From assembly GCA_965113315.1 (NCBI GenBank), contig OZ220369.1: a stretch of 64,000 nt of DNA; one strand, written 5' to 3'. Numbering within the stretch: position 1 is the stretch's first letter; each line of letters begins with the position of its first letter. This stretch comes from Podarcis vaucheri. Taxonomy: Eukaryota. The notes under the pieces were generated by a model. The model saw only the letters and a program-made list of their open reading frames with translations, had not been told where the DNA came from and searched no databases. The translations under genes were made by a program, and so were the position numbers. Shown here one piece after another: positions 13,401 through 28,300 of the stretch.

Positions 13401-16293
13401 TTTGGTTGAATCTAGTTTGTAACTGAGTTGTATTGTCCTGGATTTCTCTGGGGTGAAGAAATACTTAAGGACAGTTGGGATCAGTTTTCTATCCCACATA
13501 GATTCCTTACTTTCTATTTGAAGTAGACTCATTGAAATTAATGGAACTAATATCAATTAATTTGAGTAGGTCTCTTCTGAGTAGAACTAGCATTGCCTGC
13601 AACCCCTTGTTTCTTTAAAAAGTAAAAAGCCTAGCTGATGGAAATAGATAAAGAAACTTTCTTGTAAATATTGCAGGAAGTTCAGGTGACCAAGAAACTT
13701 CTAAAACTCATCAGCCAAAAAAACCAACAACTGTTTTGGGAGATGCATGGTATAAGGTTCACTGACTGAAGTGCTAACCAACATCTTGTATCAGGATAAA
13801 CTCCATCCAGAGTGTTAACTTCAGATTATGAGCTGTTATTCTGTTGCAGCAAAAACAGACTCCCATAGTACCTTAAAGATTTAGCAGATTTATTTATGAA
13901 AGCTTATGCAATAATAAATTTATTAGTCTTAAAGTGCTACAGGTCTATTCTTTTTCTGACCTGTTCCTGCAATTCCTCCAAGCTTGCTGGTGCTTTTATT
14001 TCTTTGCATACTATTGCTTTTCACAAACAACAGTCAAAAATTAATTCCACAGCAAATAGTAGTTCTTGTAACACTATGGTTGATTTTTTAAAAAAAATAA
14101 TAGTTTTAAAGATAAATACTAAAGCTACACCACTGTATCCATGGTCATCATTAGCCAGCTAAAAGTCTTGACATAACAGGAAAGTTACATTGATAGACTT
14201 GTTAACGTAGGCTGTGTTTACTACAGAACAGGAGACTGTAACCTGGCAAGGACTGAGCAGTAGTAAATGCTATTAATAGGCATCTGTGCTGAGAAGCACA
14301 AATTGCAGAATCTGGTGAGGACCTATGGTTGTATCCAACTAAATCCTACTCAGGAGCACACCCATTGAAATTAATGAACCTAAGTTTGTTGTGCCAATTA
14401 ACTTCAAGGATCTACTCTGAGTAGCATTGGATACCTGTCCTGGTCTTTATGAGAATTTTCGCCTCTCTTCTGTTCCAGCATCCATAGTGGTGAAGGAAAA
14501 ACTGGTGTGCTGGAATTGCTAGAGAGCAAAAGGGTCTTGGGTAGGGTTCTAGTGGTTGCTTAATAGATGCTTTCAAGTGGTGCTGGGCTTCTTGTTCTCT
14601 CAAGTTTAAAACTGGCAAATGAAATCCCTCTGAGAGTTGCTGTCTGGCTGTTCCGTTATTAGCCCAACCCAAAGGCAAAACAGTGGTTTGGAGAAAAGCA
14701 TTTGTGGCTTTGTAGGGGCCAAATATGAACATATTTGTTGTTCATAGGGGGAGCAGACTTGGGCTTTTAGTGGCCTCGCTTCACTGAACAGGGCTCTAGC
14801 ATATAACTAGAGACCATATAACGAGACCGTATAACCCCAGTCCTGAAAGATCTACAGTATGCCTGAAGGAGCGTCTCTGCCCCCATCGTTCAGCCCAGAC
14901 ACTGAGGTCCAGTGGGCCTTCTGGTGATTCCCTCGCTGAACGAAGTGAGGTTACAGGGAACCAGACAGAGGGCCTTCTCAGTAGTGGTGCCCGCCCTGTG
15001 GAACGCCCTCCTATCAGATGTCAAAGAAACAAACACTATCTGACTTTTAGAAGACATCTGAAGGCAGCCTTGTTTAGGGAAGCTTTTAATGTTTGATGTT
15101 TTATTGTGTTTTTAATATTCTGTTGGGAGCTGCCCAGAGTGGCTGGGGAAACCCAGCCAGATGGGTGGTGTATAAATTATTATTATTATATTATTATTAT
15201 TGCACCTAAGCCATGCTGCTTCTCCATTTCCCTCTTACTTTGTTTCCATTTTTTATCCCAGCTGTTATTGCTAGATTTTTTTTTTTACAGAATTTAAAAT
15301 GATTTTTCAAACAATTGGCTTCTATACACAGTAGCAGTGAAGCCTCAGTTGTAATATTAGGTAGGGTACTTCCAATATTCACAGCTGAGTAAAAATAATT
15401 GTGCATGGTGCAGAGAAGAACTATAAAAATGTGTCAAGGGCTAGGAATTTCTAGAATGAAAATTTTGAGGTTGTTAGTCTGTTCAGCATATCATAAGATG
15501 GGGTAAAGGTTAATCCCCTTAGGTTTTAAAAGCTTCCATTGATGTACTGCTTTTCTTCTGCGCCTTTTCATGTGCCTAGTATGTATTTGGTTGGAACAGT
15601 ATAGCACATTCCAGTGTTAGCTTTGTTTGTTCCAACTAACACTCTTGAGTAAACATTCAAGTATCTGTAAAAACCTTATACATACTAGGGTGTGTTAATA
15701 GTAAACCATGTCTTCCTACATAAGCACAGTAAGAAAGTTAAGTTTCTGCATGATAACTTGGGTTTGTTGGCTTGAAAATAATGGATTCAATGCTTTCAAA
15801 TTACTAATGAATTCAAGATATAAGAATGGAGATCCTGACTTTTTGGCAGTAAGAGCTGTTTGATAGTGGAACAGACTCATATGAGAGGTGGTGGACTCCC
15901 TTTGGATGGCCATCTGTTATATACAATATGATACAAAACTGCCTCGGTCCTGTATACCTGAAGGAGCGTCTCCACCCCCATCGTTCAGCCTGGACATTGA
16001 GGTGCAGCGCCGAGGGCCTTCTGGCAGTTCCCTCATTGTGAGAAGTGAGGTTACAGAGAACCAGACAGAGAGCCTTCTCGGTAGTGGCGCCCACCCTGTG
16101 GAACACCCTCCCTTCAGATGTGAAGGAAATAAGCAGCTATCCTATCTTTAAAAGACATCTGAAGGCAGCCCTGTTTAGGGAAGTTTTTAAGATTTAATGC
16201 TGTACTGTTTTTAACATTTGATAGGGAGCCACCCAGAGTGGCTGGGGAGACTCAGCCAGGTGGGCGGGGTATAAATAATTTATTATTATTATT

Positions 16294-16335
<42 letters not shown>

Positions 16336-19300
16336 TAATTGAGATTCCTGCACTGCAGAGGGTTGGACTAGATGGCCCTCGGAGACCCTTCTAGCTCTAC
16401 AATTCTGTGATTCTAAAATTGGTTTAACATCTACTTACATCAAAGCTCTCATAGTTGGTGTGATGGGCATTCATGCAGGCAGCAATTTGTCATTAGTTTT
16501 GAGCCAGCTGTATTGCTTTCCATTAATACAGAGGAAGGAAATTACCTCCTGAATACCTTAATCTTGTTCAGAATGGTTTGCTTACTTTTGAACTTAGGCC
16601 TTGTTTTTCTACAGTATGGCCTTCATAGAAATCAAAATTACAGATGAAGTTCATAATAAGAATGAGAGAAGGTATATTTCAGGTGTGGGGAACCTTTGGC
16701 CCTCCAAATGTTGCTGAACTTGATGGGGCTGATGGGAGTTGTAGTTCAGTAATATTTGGAGGACCAAAGGCTCCCCATTCCTGGAATTGGTGAATCAGAT
16801 GAGAGTATGCTTGTACGAACAGCATGCATTTCTTGGCTCTGAAGTTCTGCTTCTGTTTCCAAACCAAGTAGAGGGGTCAAGTTCAGAAGGAGAATTTACA
16901 TGTAATTCAATAATGGCAAAAGGAAGAAAGGGATAGTGCTAGAAACTCATATATTAACTGGGCACCAAATGGCACCTTAAATGTAGGTTGCAGTCACCAC
17001 AACGGAATGTCTGCTTGACGGGGTTGGACTAGATGACCCTTGGTGTCCCTTCCAGCGCTACAAATCTACGATTCTATGATCTCAACTACATTGCTTGCTC
17101 TTACAACAATTCATTTATCCCAGTATGCGAGAAGGAGAAACTCACTGTGGAAATGGAAATGGTATTAACAATGCACTAAGGCAGAGGTTTTTAACTGTGG
17201 TTTATGAGTTCCATTTGGGTGGAATGGCTGTAGCATAGTCAAATACATCTGTACTCAGAACTGTACTTATTTCGCTTGATGTGATGATGGAGGACTGTGT
17301 GCGAGTCAGCTGGCTCGATGGATATGTCAATCACCAACCTGGCACCCAGAAATCTCCATGTAGTCGCAATTGGACCCGCACCAATAGCAAAACACACATT
17401 AAGGGAGACCTCTGTGGTATGTTCCAAAAGAAATGAATAGGAAAACAGACATTTTGGTAGCGGTGATAGGAGGAAGAAAGCTGCCTAGTTATCAAGATGA
17501 TAAAAGCAGCAAAAGTTGGTCAACAAGATACTACATTGCTATATTGTATATAATTAGTTCAAAACATGTTTTTATAATTACTTTTAAAATGTTGAAATAA
17601 TGTTTAAGAAAATCAGCATATTTTATTCAAGTATACAAAAAAATATATGTAAAGTTGTATTTTAGGGACGATTATGTTATTAGGGGAAATATTTAAACAA
17701 TATTGATTAGAATCCAGAGAATATTTTAACCATGAAAAATGCCTAGAAGGCATTTTGACTACTTTCGACATTTTCCTCCATTTCAAAAGAGTGGTTTGCT
17801 CTATAGCATGGTAGCCTTCTGACAGAGAAGCAGGAGCCCACAGCCATATTGGTTGCATGTGCTCAGTTGTGCAATTCTTTGCATTCTGACTGTTGTGTGT
17901 TGCTCTGATGCATATCTGACTTAGAATCATAGAATCATAGAGTTGGAAGAGACCACAAGGGCCATCGAGTCCAACCCCCTGTTCTCAGAAAAAGAGATGT
18001 GTACAGATTATGTTGACCAGATGGTAGATATTTGGCTTTTACTTAAAGGGATGGAATCCTTCTAAACCCTTTCAGCAACTGAATATATGTATGATGTGAA
18101 AAATATGATTTAAGGAGGAAAAAGTGCTCCTCTAGTTTCAGATATAACAAAGGTGGATAACAAAGCCCATTTGGAAAGTATGCTAGCTAAGGTGACAATA
18201 CAATTCAGATTCACTGGTATTGCTTGATAGTTGGAAGTTCTGATATTCTCTCTCCTTAGAACAAGGTCCTATACCTAGAAGCTGATGTGCTTATTTCAGC
18301 AAGCAGTACAGTAGTAAGATGCTAGAATGATTATGTGTAGAATGCTGGCAGTTATTCTTGGCTGTCATAATCTTTTAGAAAGCTAATGCGCATCAGGCAT
18401 GCAACTGGTATGTTTTCCAGTGCAGTTGCCAGTCATGTTGAGACCCAAGCTTGAAGTGGACAAGAATGTTGTATCTTTGCAGGGCAGAAACTGTTGGCAG
18501 AATAAATGTTCCAAAACAATTGCCGTCAGCATTCCGAAGCAAAAATCAGCAAAGATTCCTGGGCAAAAAGATGTGACGATTCTGCCAATTTTATATATTT
18601 ATTTAACAAAATTTCTATACTGCTTGATTGTAATTAGAACCTCTAAGTGATTTACAAACAACAACAACAACAAACATTAAAATTGGCAATAAAATATTTA
18701 TTTAGAACTAAACACCTGAACTATTGGCTGTTGACATACACCTTGTGGCACGAAGTACTTTCTTAACATTAATCTTGGAATTAGGTAATTATTGTCCACA
18801 AGGGATCCACAAATCGTGACTTGGCTAAGGAGCCAGCCATTATTTGTAGCTACTTCTACACCCCTCCCTTGAGTACTCCAGTATGTGCTGAGGGCATGGG
18901 ACAGAGGCATGGTCATACCTAATTTGTGTGGAGTTCAGGAAATATAAGAAACAGCTTCTCATCCTGCTTTTGCAAGAGGCTCCTTCTGTTTCTTACCCTG
19001 TTCAGAAACTGCAGTAGAAATGAGATCTCCATGATAGGGATCTGTGTCATACCAGATGCTTTATTTGTCAGAGTGTTGGGTGCCCTTAGCTCTGTCGAAC
19101 TGCTGAGTTTTACTCCTGTTACTGGAATGCCTTCGCTAAGGAGGTACACTAACATCATAACTACTGCCTGGTTTTATTGTATATTTTGGTGTGCTACAAT
19201 ATAAATACATCATTATTTATAGTTTTTTCTTCAATGGAATCATTTGGGTGAGTTGTGCATATAATGCTCTACATAAACTAAATAAATTAGGGCAGTATCT

Positions 19301-22300
19301 GATGAAGTAACTTAATTAAGACAATATCTTCTGGCTGTGCCAAAGAACTCCCCTCTCCTTTCCATGCACCTAAATCGGTTCTGGGAGGAGGGCGATTTGA
19401 GGAGAGTAGTGGGAAGTTCTGTTGAGCAACCAGATGTCATTGTGCTAATGGAACTACTTTGTTTGATACTGCCTTCAGTGACCCAAATAAGGTAGAGATT
19501 TTTTTCTAAAGGGTAATCTGCAGTTATATATAATTGCATGTATATATAAAGTGGGTGTTGAATGCCCCGTATTGCCTGTACAATCACTAAAAGTAAGCTC
19601 TCATTGAGACTACTTCCCTAGATGAGCTGTAGTGGCTTTTAATTAGGGATAAAAGCACTGTCCACTGATCCAGGGGTGAAAGTAGGCTTTACTTCTCTTG
19701 GGTCGAAGACCCAGTTTGGCAACTCCCCATACAAACACACACAGGCTGGGAGCCTCAATGATGCCCCTCTGGAAACTTCACCTGAGGCAAAAAACCTGAC
19801 TAGCACCCCCCCCCCCCGCTAGGCTCTGCACTGATCTACCCCCTTTCTTCCTCTGCTCACAGCCCTCCTTCCCAGCTGCACCAGGTTTATTCTCTGTGCT
19901 GACAAGAACATTTGGACACCGGGTGTAAGCTGTGGTTGGTATGTAAGGCTGGGCAAAGTAGCCACAATTGTATTGCTGTGCCCTTTAAGGCAGGCCTTCT
20001 TTCCAACAGTGCCTGGCCATTTTCCTTGTTTGCGCGCTTGAGCTACTTTGAATTGTAAAGTCTGCTTGGAACCCTATCTTTGCCTTCTGCAAGCAAAGTG
20101 TTAACTTGTAACAACAAACGTACAGTATTGAAGTAAGCTATTCAACTTTGGGGGGCCCAAGCTGAAAGGTGGATTAGTTTTAAAGAGGTTGTTATATCAC
20201 TGTTTAAAAAAGAGATCTAAGTGGAGTTATTTTCTCTTAAGTCACACACATTTTAATGGGGAAGATTTCTGTGCCTACACAAGGGCAGATTTGAGAATAT
20301 TCTAGGGGGCTTTGGCAAGGAGATAATGCTCACATTCATTCCCCTGCAAGGAGTAACATTTCACCTTGTTTGCATGCCTCAAGAGTTAGGGTTAGCAGAG
20401 TATCTTCTCACTCTGTACTACTAGTCATAGTGCCAACTGCAGTTCAAAGGCTACAGCTGGATCTGTTGCCCATTGTTGCCTTGTGTGGGCTGCATTCCAT
20501 TGCTTCCCTCCTGGATTTTAAAACCTGAATAAAGGGCCTGTCCTTGTATGGAAAGATATTATTAATGCTAAATGAGACTCCTTGGAGAAGGTAATGAAAA
20601 CTAAATTGATGATTCATTCCAAATTTTAATCCAAGCCAGGAATGTGTTCAGGGGTTTGTAGCGTTCTTTCTCCTTTTGAGGTTGGATTTTACAATTCTGT
20701 TGAGTTACTCTGTGAACCCAGCTCAGGAGAACTTCATTGGTATTTTGATTTGGGAGGCAGGCAGCATGGAATACCCTCCTCTTGGTCTCATGCAAATCTC
20801 CTCTCCTTGTGGTTGGTGTTTAGGAGCATTATTATCCAGGGTTGTTGGAGGCTAAAAACTTGCCATTTGTACAATAATACAAAATCATGTAACAGATGAT
20901 AAATGGACGTCTTTGGGTATCTGTTTTTTGTGATAGTTTATAATGTATAGTTGAGCAAAATGAATGAAAATTGCCAGAACTTAGTGATCTATGTAATAAA
21001 AAAAATGTTACAGTGCATTATCTGAATCAGAAAAGTGGATTGTCTGGATCAGAAACATATATTATCTCTGTTAAAGTAAATAAGTTGCTGTTTGGCATGA
21101 ATATTGAAGACTGCTTTTATGAAAAAAACATGGATTTATATGAAACAGAACATAGTAAAAAGGAAAATTGAGTCAGTTATAAGAGTTGAGTTGATTGTTA
21201 AGGGTCAAATTCTAACCGTTCCGTAGAAATGAAACTCATTGTGCTTCTTACTGGAAAAATCTGAACAGGAACCAGCAAGGAGCTTGTGTCCTGCTTATAT
21301 TTCCTTCCTAGACAATCTTTGTAATACTTTCCATATAGGTTTTGTTCCATTACTCTTGCACTACCCAATATTAGTCTTTAGTGTCTCAGAAATTTTATAT
21401 AGTTTGGAGCAGGGATGCAAAGGGAGATGTGTGATAGTGCTCATGTACACACCAAAAGCTGGTTTGTGATTTGGCAGGGCACAGTTGGTGCTCTTCAGAT
21501 GCTTGTCCAAAGCCTTAAAAACCATGTAAAATTTGGTGAATGCAATTGGTTGGCATACATTGCCATAATTGTGATGGAAAGTTAGTATCTATGGAATTTC
21601 TTACAAATGCCAAAGTTTTGATTTAGTCTTTTACTGATATCCTGTGTAATTGCTAGACTCTTTCAGTGCTTTTGGACTCTTATCTCTGGTACTGAGGTAA
21701 TACAACCTTTTCTTTCTATCATAGATTTGAGGCATACCAACATCATTTTTAGCATTCCTGGTATTTTGGTAGCAAAATATAGGGACATTTGTTTGTTTTC
21801 TTAAGACATCTTTTTTCTTTCTTTTTAGAATCTGTCTATGACCTTCTCCCAAAGGAGCTGCAGTTACCACCTTCCAGAGAACTCTCTGTAGCATCCATGA
21901 GTCAAACAAGTGGTGGTGAGGCAGGTTCGCCCCCTCCGGGTGTAGTTGCTGCTGGTAAGTACTCCACTTGAGTAAAATTAAGGACCTAATGCATATTAAT
22001 ATTGTTGTCAGCATGAGCAGTGCTGGAAAAGTTTGCAGTCTTAAAAAAAACCCACAAGACTAACTTAGACTTAGAAGTAGGGGAAATTTTATTGCACATT
22101 TCCTCTTTTGCCACTATGGTGGTGCTGGACTCCTCAGATATATTATATTTTGATGTAGTAGTTGCCAGTTTAGAACTAAATGGGAGTGTTTGAATGGGCC
22201 AGAGAATCCTGCCTTGCAAACCAGGACAGAAATGAAATCTGCAGCAGTGTTCTGGGTTTGTGGCTTCTACTTTCATTTCCCCACCACCACATGCCTTGAT

Positions 22301-25300
22301 GAAACCATGAATGATTCAGCTACATGACTTTCTGTTTGGTCCTGAAAGTGTTTAGATGATGTGTGAAGGGATAGTTGATACCTGCTAAACGTAGGTATGT
22401 TTGAATCCAGTTACCAAAATATCTTTTAAACTTAAGTTATCACCCACTCAGCCTTATACAGTTTGTTCTTTTAAAATAAAAGTCCTTGTGCTGGATCATT
22501 TTCTTCTGTTTAGGGGAATGACGACTGTTTTTGTTATGAAGGGGCAAACCTGAATTGGCAGTTGGCATTCAAATTCTTGTTCATCTGGAATGCCTCCAAC
22601 TTTATAATACCCTAATGGGTGTGCTGCTCCACGGTTTTCCTCTCATGGGCCGAGATTGCTTGACTGACCATGTAATATTTGTAATAGAACATCATGTGTC
22701 TGTCCTAGTCTAGCCTTCTCCATAAGGCTATTTTTTGTCAGAGCATAGCTGGACTAAGCAATGTGTTCAGTGCATTATTCAGTTTTAGATAGGAGTGCCT
22801 TCTCTAGTATGTTCAACACTGAAAATGAGCCTCTTGGTTTGGTAGTACAAGGCTTAAGTCTAGGGTAAAACTTTACAGCACTGCTCAATGCTGATATATT
22901 TGAATACTTTCCCTAATGAAATCTGTGGATTTAATTGTGTATTGGGGAGATTGGTAATTAGATCCAAGACTACTTTAGTTAACAAATCATCCAGTGTAGC
23001 TTCATTCTGCACTTCAGAAGCTAATTCAGTCAAAAGAGAACAACAGTTGCAAGATATTTTGAAAACTGCTAGCACTTTAAATCCACAGAAATACTTTACT
23101 GTTGATTTTCATATTTTGAGATCATTTTCAAGCATCTGATATAGTTGATGAGAAGAACTATGTGTCTGTTACTTCTAGGCATTAGTTGTCTGACAGTCAA
23201 TCCACTTCCTTTCAAAAACTGAACCTATGGGAGTTCATATTAACAAAAACTAAAGAAAACTAGCATATTCCACAATATGGTATTTATATAGGGGACCATA
23301 TTAATTGAATAAGAATACTTTTTCAATATTCTTTCTATCTCTTTGCTAATAGTATTAAATGTTTAATTGATTAAATGTTCCTCTGACTTAAAAAACTTAA
23401 AAACTTAAATCCAAATAATTACAATTACTGTGGTCAGCATCCTACAGTTTGTTCCGAAGGGGTGGTTCACACTTAAGTTTTCATCATAGAGACTGCCCCT
23501 AGATTTGTAGTTTTAAAGTTTTAAGTGAGTGCACTTAGACCAAAATTTTAAAAAACAGTTATTTATATTGCAGCAGTGCTGAATGTAGATACAGTAGGCT
23601 CCAAATCCAGATAATTTATAGAGAGGACAATCAAATTGCTGTAAAGGCTAACTCAGAAATTGCAGCCTTAACATGCTGGGAAGAGAATCAGTCAAGATAA
23701 GCAGAGATGGATACTGAAGAGAGACAGAGACAAAATAGCGGTGATAACAATATGAAGTTTGCCAAGATTTGAATTCACATGGTGCATACCCTCTTAACAT
23801 TTCTCCTGTGAAAATAGGAATGCTCCATTCCATAATGATAATTTTACTATTTATACCCCACACATCTTACTGGGTTGCCCCAGCCACTCCAGGCAGCTTT
23901 CAATATATATATAATTATAATAAAACATAAAACATTTAAAAAAATCTTCCCTGTACAGGATTGCCTTCAGATGGCTCAGGAGTCAAGCAACTCCATACCC
24001 TACAACATTTCTCCAATGAAAATAGGGGTGTCCTAAGGAAAAGTGGGACATTTTGGGATCAAATCAGAAACCGGGACAGCTTCTTTAAATCAGGGACGTC
24101 CCTGGAAAATAGGGACACTTGGAAGGTCTGCATGGTGGGTTTGCAGTTCGGCCACCCCCAATCATTAAAAATATATTGAAGGAAACTACCTTGTGTGCAG
24201 GTAGGAGCAATATTAATCAAGCATGTCTGGAATATTGGAAGTGAGAGTTCTGCTACTTCGGGATATTGAAGAAACTGAGGAGAAAGCCCTTAGAGGAGTA
24301 AAACCTTCAGCAAATACATGAACGCTTACAAGAAATCTTGTTGAATAGGTCACTCAGCTTAAAGCCCACAGACCCTGCTGGTATGATAGTGTATCTCTTC
24401 TTTCTCAGTGTGGGAAAAGCAGCATGTATCTGCCATTTGGGATTGACGCAGTACCATAGACCCAAAGAGGATCCTTCTCCTCCGACATGGATAAGCTGAA
24501 GTCCCAGCTGAAACTTTGGGCCAGAGCATTCATGTGACTCTGCTCCTTTTCTACAGGCAAGGCAAAAGGAACAAAAAGAATATATTGTAGTCATTGGCTA
24601 GTAGTTGAGTTTTAGGAAGACCTAGCATTGGGAAATTCTGGAATTCTAGAAAGCATTTATCATGGAGGGGCTAATTCTTCCCAGGAGTTCTTCCCATATC
24701 AGAGTGTGGGCCACACACTCCTTCTTTGAAGATGCAGGTTGACTTGGCTTTTACAGCTGAGTGTACTAAGCTTCCCCAAAACTGGATGCAGAGGTCATTC
24801 TGCTTGACCCTGAACCATGCCAGAGTTCTTTAAGATGTTACTTGTAGATGAAAAGGGGGACATAAATCAGCCACCACATTAACATTCAGGGTATTGTGCT
24901 CTCTGTACAGAACTGTTGTGCCTGGCCTTCTCTTCTGTAGAAATAATCATAGAATTGTAGAGTTGGAAGGGACCACAAGGGTCACCTAATCCAATCTCCT
25001 GCAGTGGAGGAATCTTTTGCCCAACGTGGAGCTTGAACCCACAACCCTAAGATTAGGAGTCTCGTGCTCTACCGACTGAACCATCCCAATTTTCAAAGAG
25101 CAATCTAGCTAGGGACTTTGGGAAGATGGGAGTTATGGCTGTGGGATTGTGGAGGGTTTTATGAGATTGAAATCACTTATAAAATGGGACAAAGCATCAC
25201 TTTCACTCATTCTAGTCCTTCCATCAGGCAGACAAGGATAGCTTCCAATCGGCCACATTGTCAAGTGGCTGGAAGGGGAAGGTGACCTTGGACAATCTAG

Positions 25301-28300
25301 AACTGCAGGAGCCCATTTTATGTCCGAAAAACAAAACTCCTTATTGTTTTGTGCAAATCTGTTGTATCTACTCTTATTTATCCTGAAGGGGCAGTTTTGT
25401 GCTTTTTTATAATCAGTAAGAATCCAAAAGCAACTCTTTTTAAAGCTGGTTGCAGTTTCTTCATGAAGACCGAAGCAAATATTCTGTGTTTGGGCTACAT
25501 GTAGAGCTCCCTCTCCTTTATTTAAGCTTTCTGACACAGTTGCCATTACTGGTGCCAATGACTAGATTAAGAGGAGAGAGCTGGTAAAAAATATTTTCCT
25601 CATTTAAGACTTTACTTCATTTGTTCTCTGCTTCCCTAGCCACAGGGTGACACAGTATCTGGCTGCAAATCAGATTGCCCCAGGTTTTTCTTTCAGTGCT
25701 TTGATCTGAGGTTCTGGGACACATAAGCAGGTTACATAAAGATTTTCTGCAGTTAACTTCAGATTTCTGGAGGAACAGGATTGGCTGATTTAAGGTATGA
25801 GGGCCTGCAGGAACAGACTGCTAGTTCTGCTATTAGTGTTTGGCTTCCAATTTTTAAATCAGTCTAAACCATTTTAAAACTGAGTCTTGCTAATTGGTCT
25901 TTTAAGAGCACATTTGATTATTTTAACATAAAAGGTGTGTTTCATATTCATCAATCCAAACATGAGGTGGTTTCTTTGTAAATTAACCAGCTATGAATTC
26001 TTAATTTTAACATAGTTCTCAGCTTATTTCTGAACTTTCATGATGAACTATATATAGTTAAGCTGGGAAGAGTTGTCTATCTTTTGAAGGCAGATACATC
26101 TTGATAAAAACTATGTGTGTGTGGAGAGAGAGTGAGAGAGAGCTTATCCTTTCTGTGCAGCCAGTTTATTTCTAAGTGTCTCTTGCCAGAAGGTGCAAAC
26201 AGGTGTTTCTTAGCAGGATACAAGCATTTAATGTGAAATGCTGTGTTTGCTAAGTAGGAAGAAGCAGTGCTTCAGGAATGGGTCTGAGAAATGACCTGTC
26301 TCAAATCTGTCGCTTTTTCACTCCAACACATATCTGCCAACCTCCCTTTCACAGTTTGATATTAAACTTTATAGCATCACAACAAATGTCTTAAAACAGG
26401 GGTAAGCAGGGGGCTAGTCCACTGTCCCTCAGCCCTCGTGGGGGGCCAGACTGTATTTTGAAAAAAATATATGAATGAATTCCTGTGCCCCACAAATAAC
26501 CTAGAGATGCATTTTAAATAAAGGTACACAGTCTATTCACGTAAAAACACGCTGATTCCTGGACTGTCCACTGGTTGGATTTAGAAGGTGGGATCCGGAT
26601 CCGGCCCTTGGGTCTTAGTTTGCCTACCTCTGTCTTAAAAACACCATGCAAATCTCTCTTCAATGAGGGGCCATGACTTTCAGAAGGTGGAGAAAGGTCA
26701 AGTGCCTTGTTTTTAATCATTTTGATTTGCTTGAAGGCAAAAAAAAAGTGCAACAATAAGTGCTCCTTTAGTTTATTTTTACCATTGGTGTAGCCTAAGT
26801 CGGTACCATTCCCCCCCCCCCCCGCAAGGAACGCACTTTTAAACTAGCAATATTAGCTCCTGTCATATTAGGAGCAAGTAGTTGCTCAGAAACTTGAGTA
26901 TAAAAACACATCTTAGGTCATTTTGACTATATTTGTCCATAATAGCAAAGGGTTCATTTGTCTTCTGTAGCTTCTCTTTATAAAGCCTTGATTTTATACT
27001 TTCTCTTTTGACATGGTTAATGTGACATGAGGCTTAATTTGCATGATAATGTGCATTATACCTCAGAGTACAATATAATTCTGACAAAGTTTCAAATTCA
27101 CATAGTTTAAAAACTGGCAAGATTCTACATGTCAATGGAAAGAGGAGGAGATAAATCACATTTTTTTAAGATAGTGATTTATGTTGTGTGTGTATTTGGC
27201 AAAAAGGGGACTAGAAGGGATTCTTATCTGTCTTCTAAAGGCAGGTTATGTTGTTTGACATTGTGCTGCTTGATCAATAGTTTTAGACACACACTGGCAC
27301 ACATATGGCTCCAGAGAGGCATAGCAGAGTTCATTGTCCAGTTAGCTTTATGAGACTTCGGTGGCTGCTTTAGGGATGGTTTCCTCATCTGCCTGAATTG
27401 CTGTGCAATTTAAGCTTAGCAATGTTCTTCACAATACACTGCACAAGGACCCTTGCTACATACATTATACCTGCTTTCTTCTTTGCACTAAATCCAGTAA
27501 AAGTAAATAGGTTGTTTGCCAGTGCCTACCTCTTTTTATCCTGTTAAAACTCTCTTCTCTTCTTCTCATAGAATTTCAGAATTGTAGAGTTGGAAGGGAC
27601 CACAAGGGTCATCTGGTCCAACCTGCTGCAATGCTGGAATCTTTTGCCTAACGTGGGGCTCAAACCCATGACCCTGAGATCAAGAGTCTCACGCTTTACT
27701 GAGGTTTTTTCTTGACCGATCAGTTATATTTGCTCTTGAACAAAACACATTTGTTTTAGTAGGTTAGATTTGGGGTGAGTTTGTTAGCTGTCAGTCTATG
27801 TTTCCACTGAGCAGTAGTTGTAGGGTTTTGCTTATGCTTATGGTAAGAACACTTGTGAGATTATCACGTGCCTCTTACCAGCTTCATAGATTGATGACTA
27901 GTGTGAAAAATTTACCCAACTAATTATCGCATATTGTAAAGATTGGACCAGAAAGGACAGTCATTTCCTTTTTGGAGAAATGTTAAGTTTATTGATCAAG
28001 ACAATGCAGCATTTCCTTGTTCTGGAGAGGAATACCGGGCAGGGACAAATAGGTATGAGGGCTCTGAATTCATGCTTGCTGGTTGATTGCATCTGATTGT
28101 CGCTCTTGAGTGGCAGACCACCTAGTCTGAATTGGTGAACATGAATCACCCAACAAAAGTTCCAGGTAAGAAATAACCACTTGTGCATCTGTAAATATGA
28201 GTGTCAAATTATGGATTTCCCGTCTGTCAAAGCAGACTGAATCCTGTTTTTAATTGTGTTAAATAATACTTGTTTTGGCATGTGAATGTAATGGGGAATT

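Noticed and set aside
15291-15360. 70-nt exon-like segment (also 16615-16671)
   Set aside because: Plausible splice signals but set in TE-rich context with no other support; treated as pseudo-exons.
14834-16293. Direct repeat pair resembling LTRs or a local duplication
   Set aside because: Both are 5'-truncated L2 3' ends with simple-repeat tails and independent substitutions; no TG...CA ends, PBS or shared TSD.
21252-22035. TonE-like TGGAAANNYNY motifs suggesting NFAT5 autoregulation
   Set aside because: The consensus is short and degenerate and would be expected many times by chance in 64 kb; there is no promoter clustering.
24946-25087. tRNA-Lys gene (also 27566, and tRNA-Ile at 60667)
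   Set aside because: Stems and anticodon are mutated and the sequence is fused to a CR1 tail; these are SINE heads, not functional tRNAs.
26250-26300. Faint resemblance to the recalled mammalian stop-containing NFAT5 cassette exon
   Set aside because: Only two short words match, there is no convincing acceptor/donor pair, and the reference is from memory.
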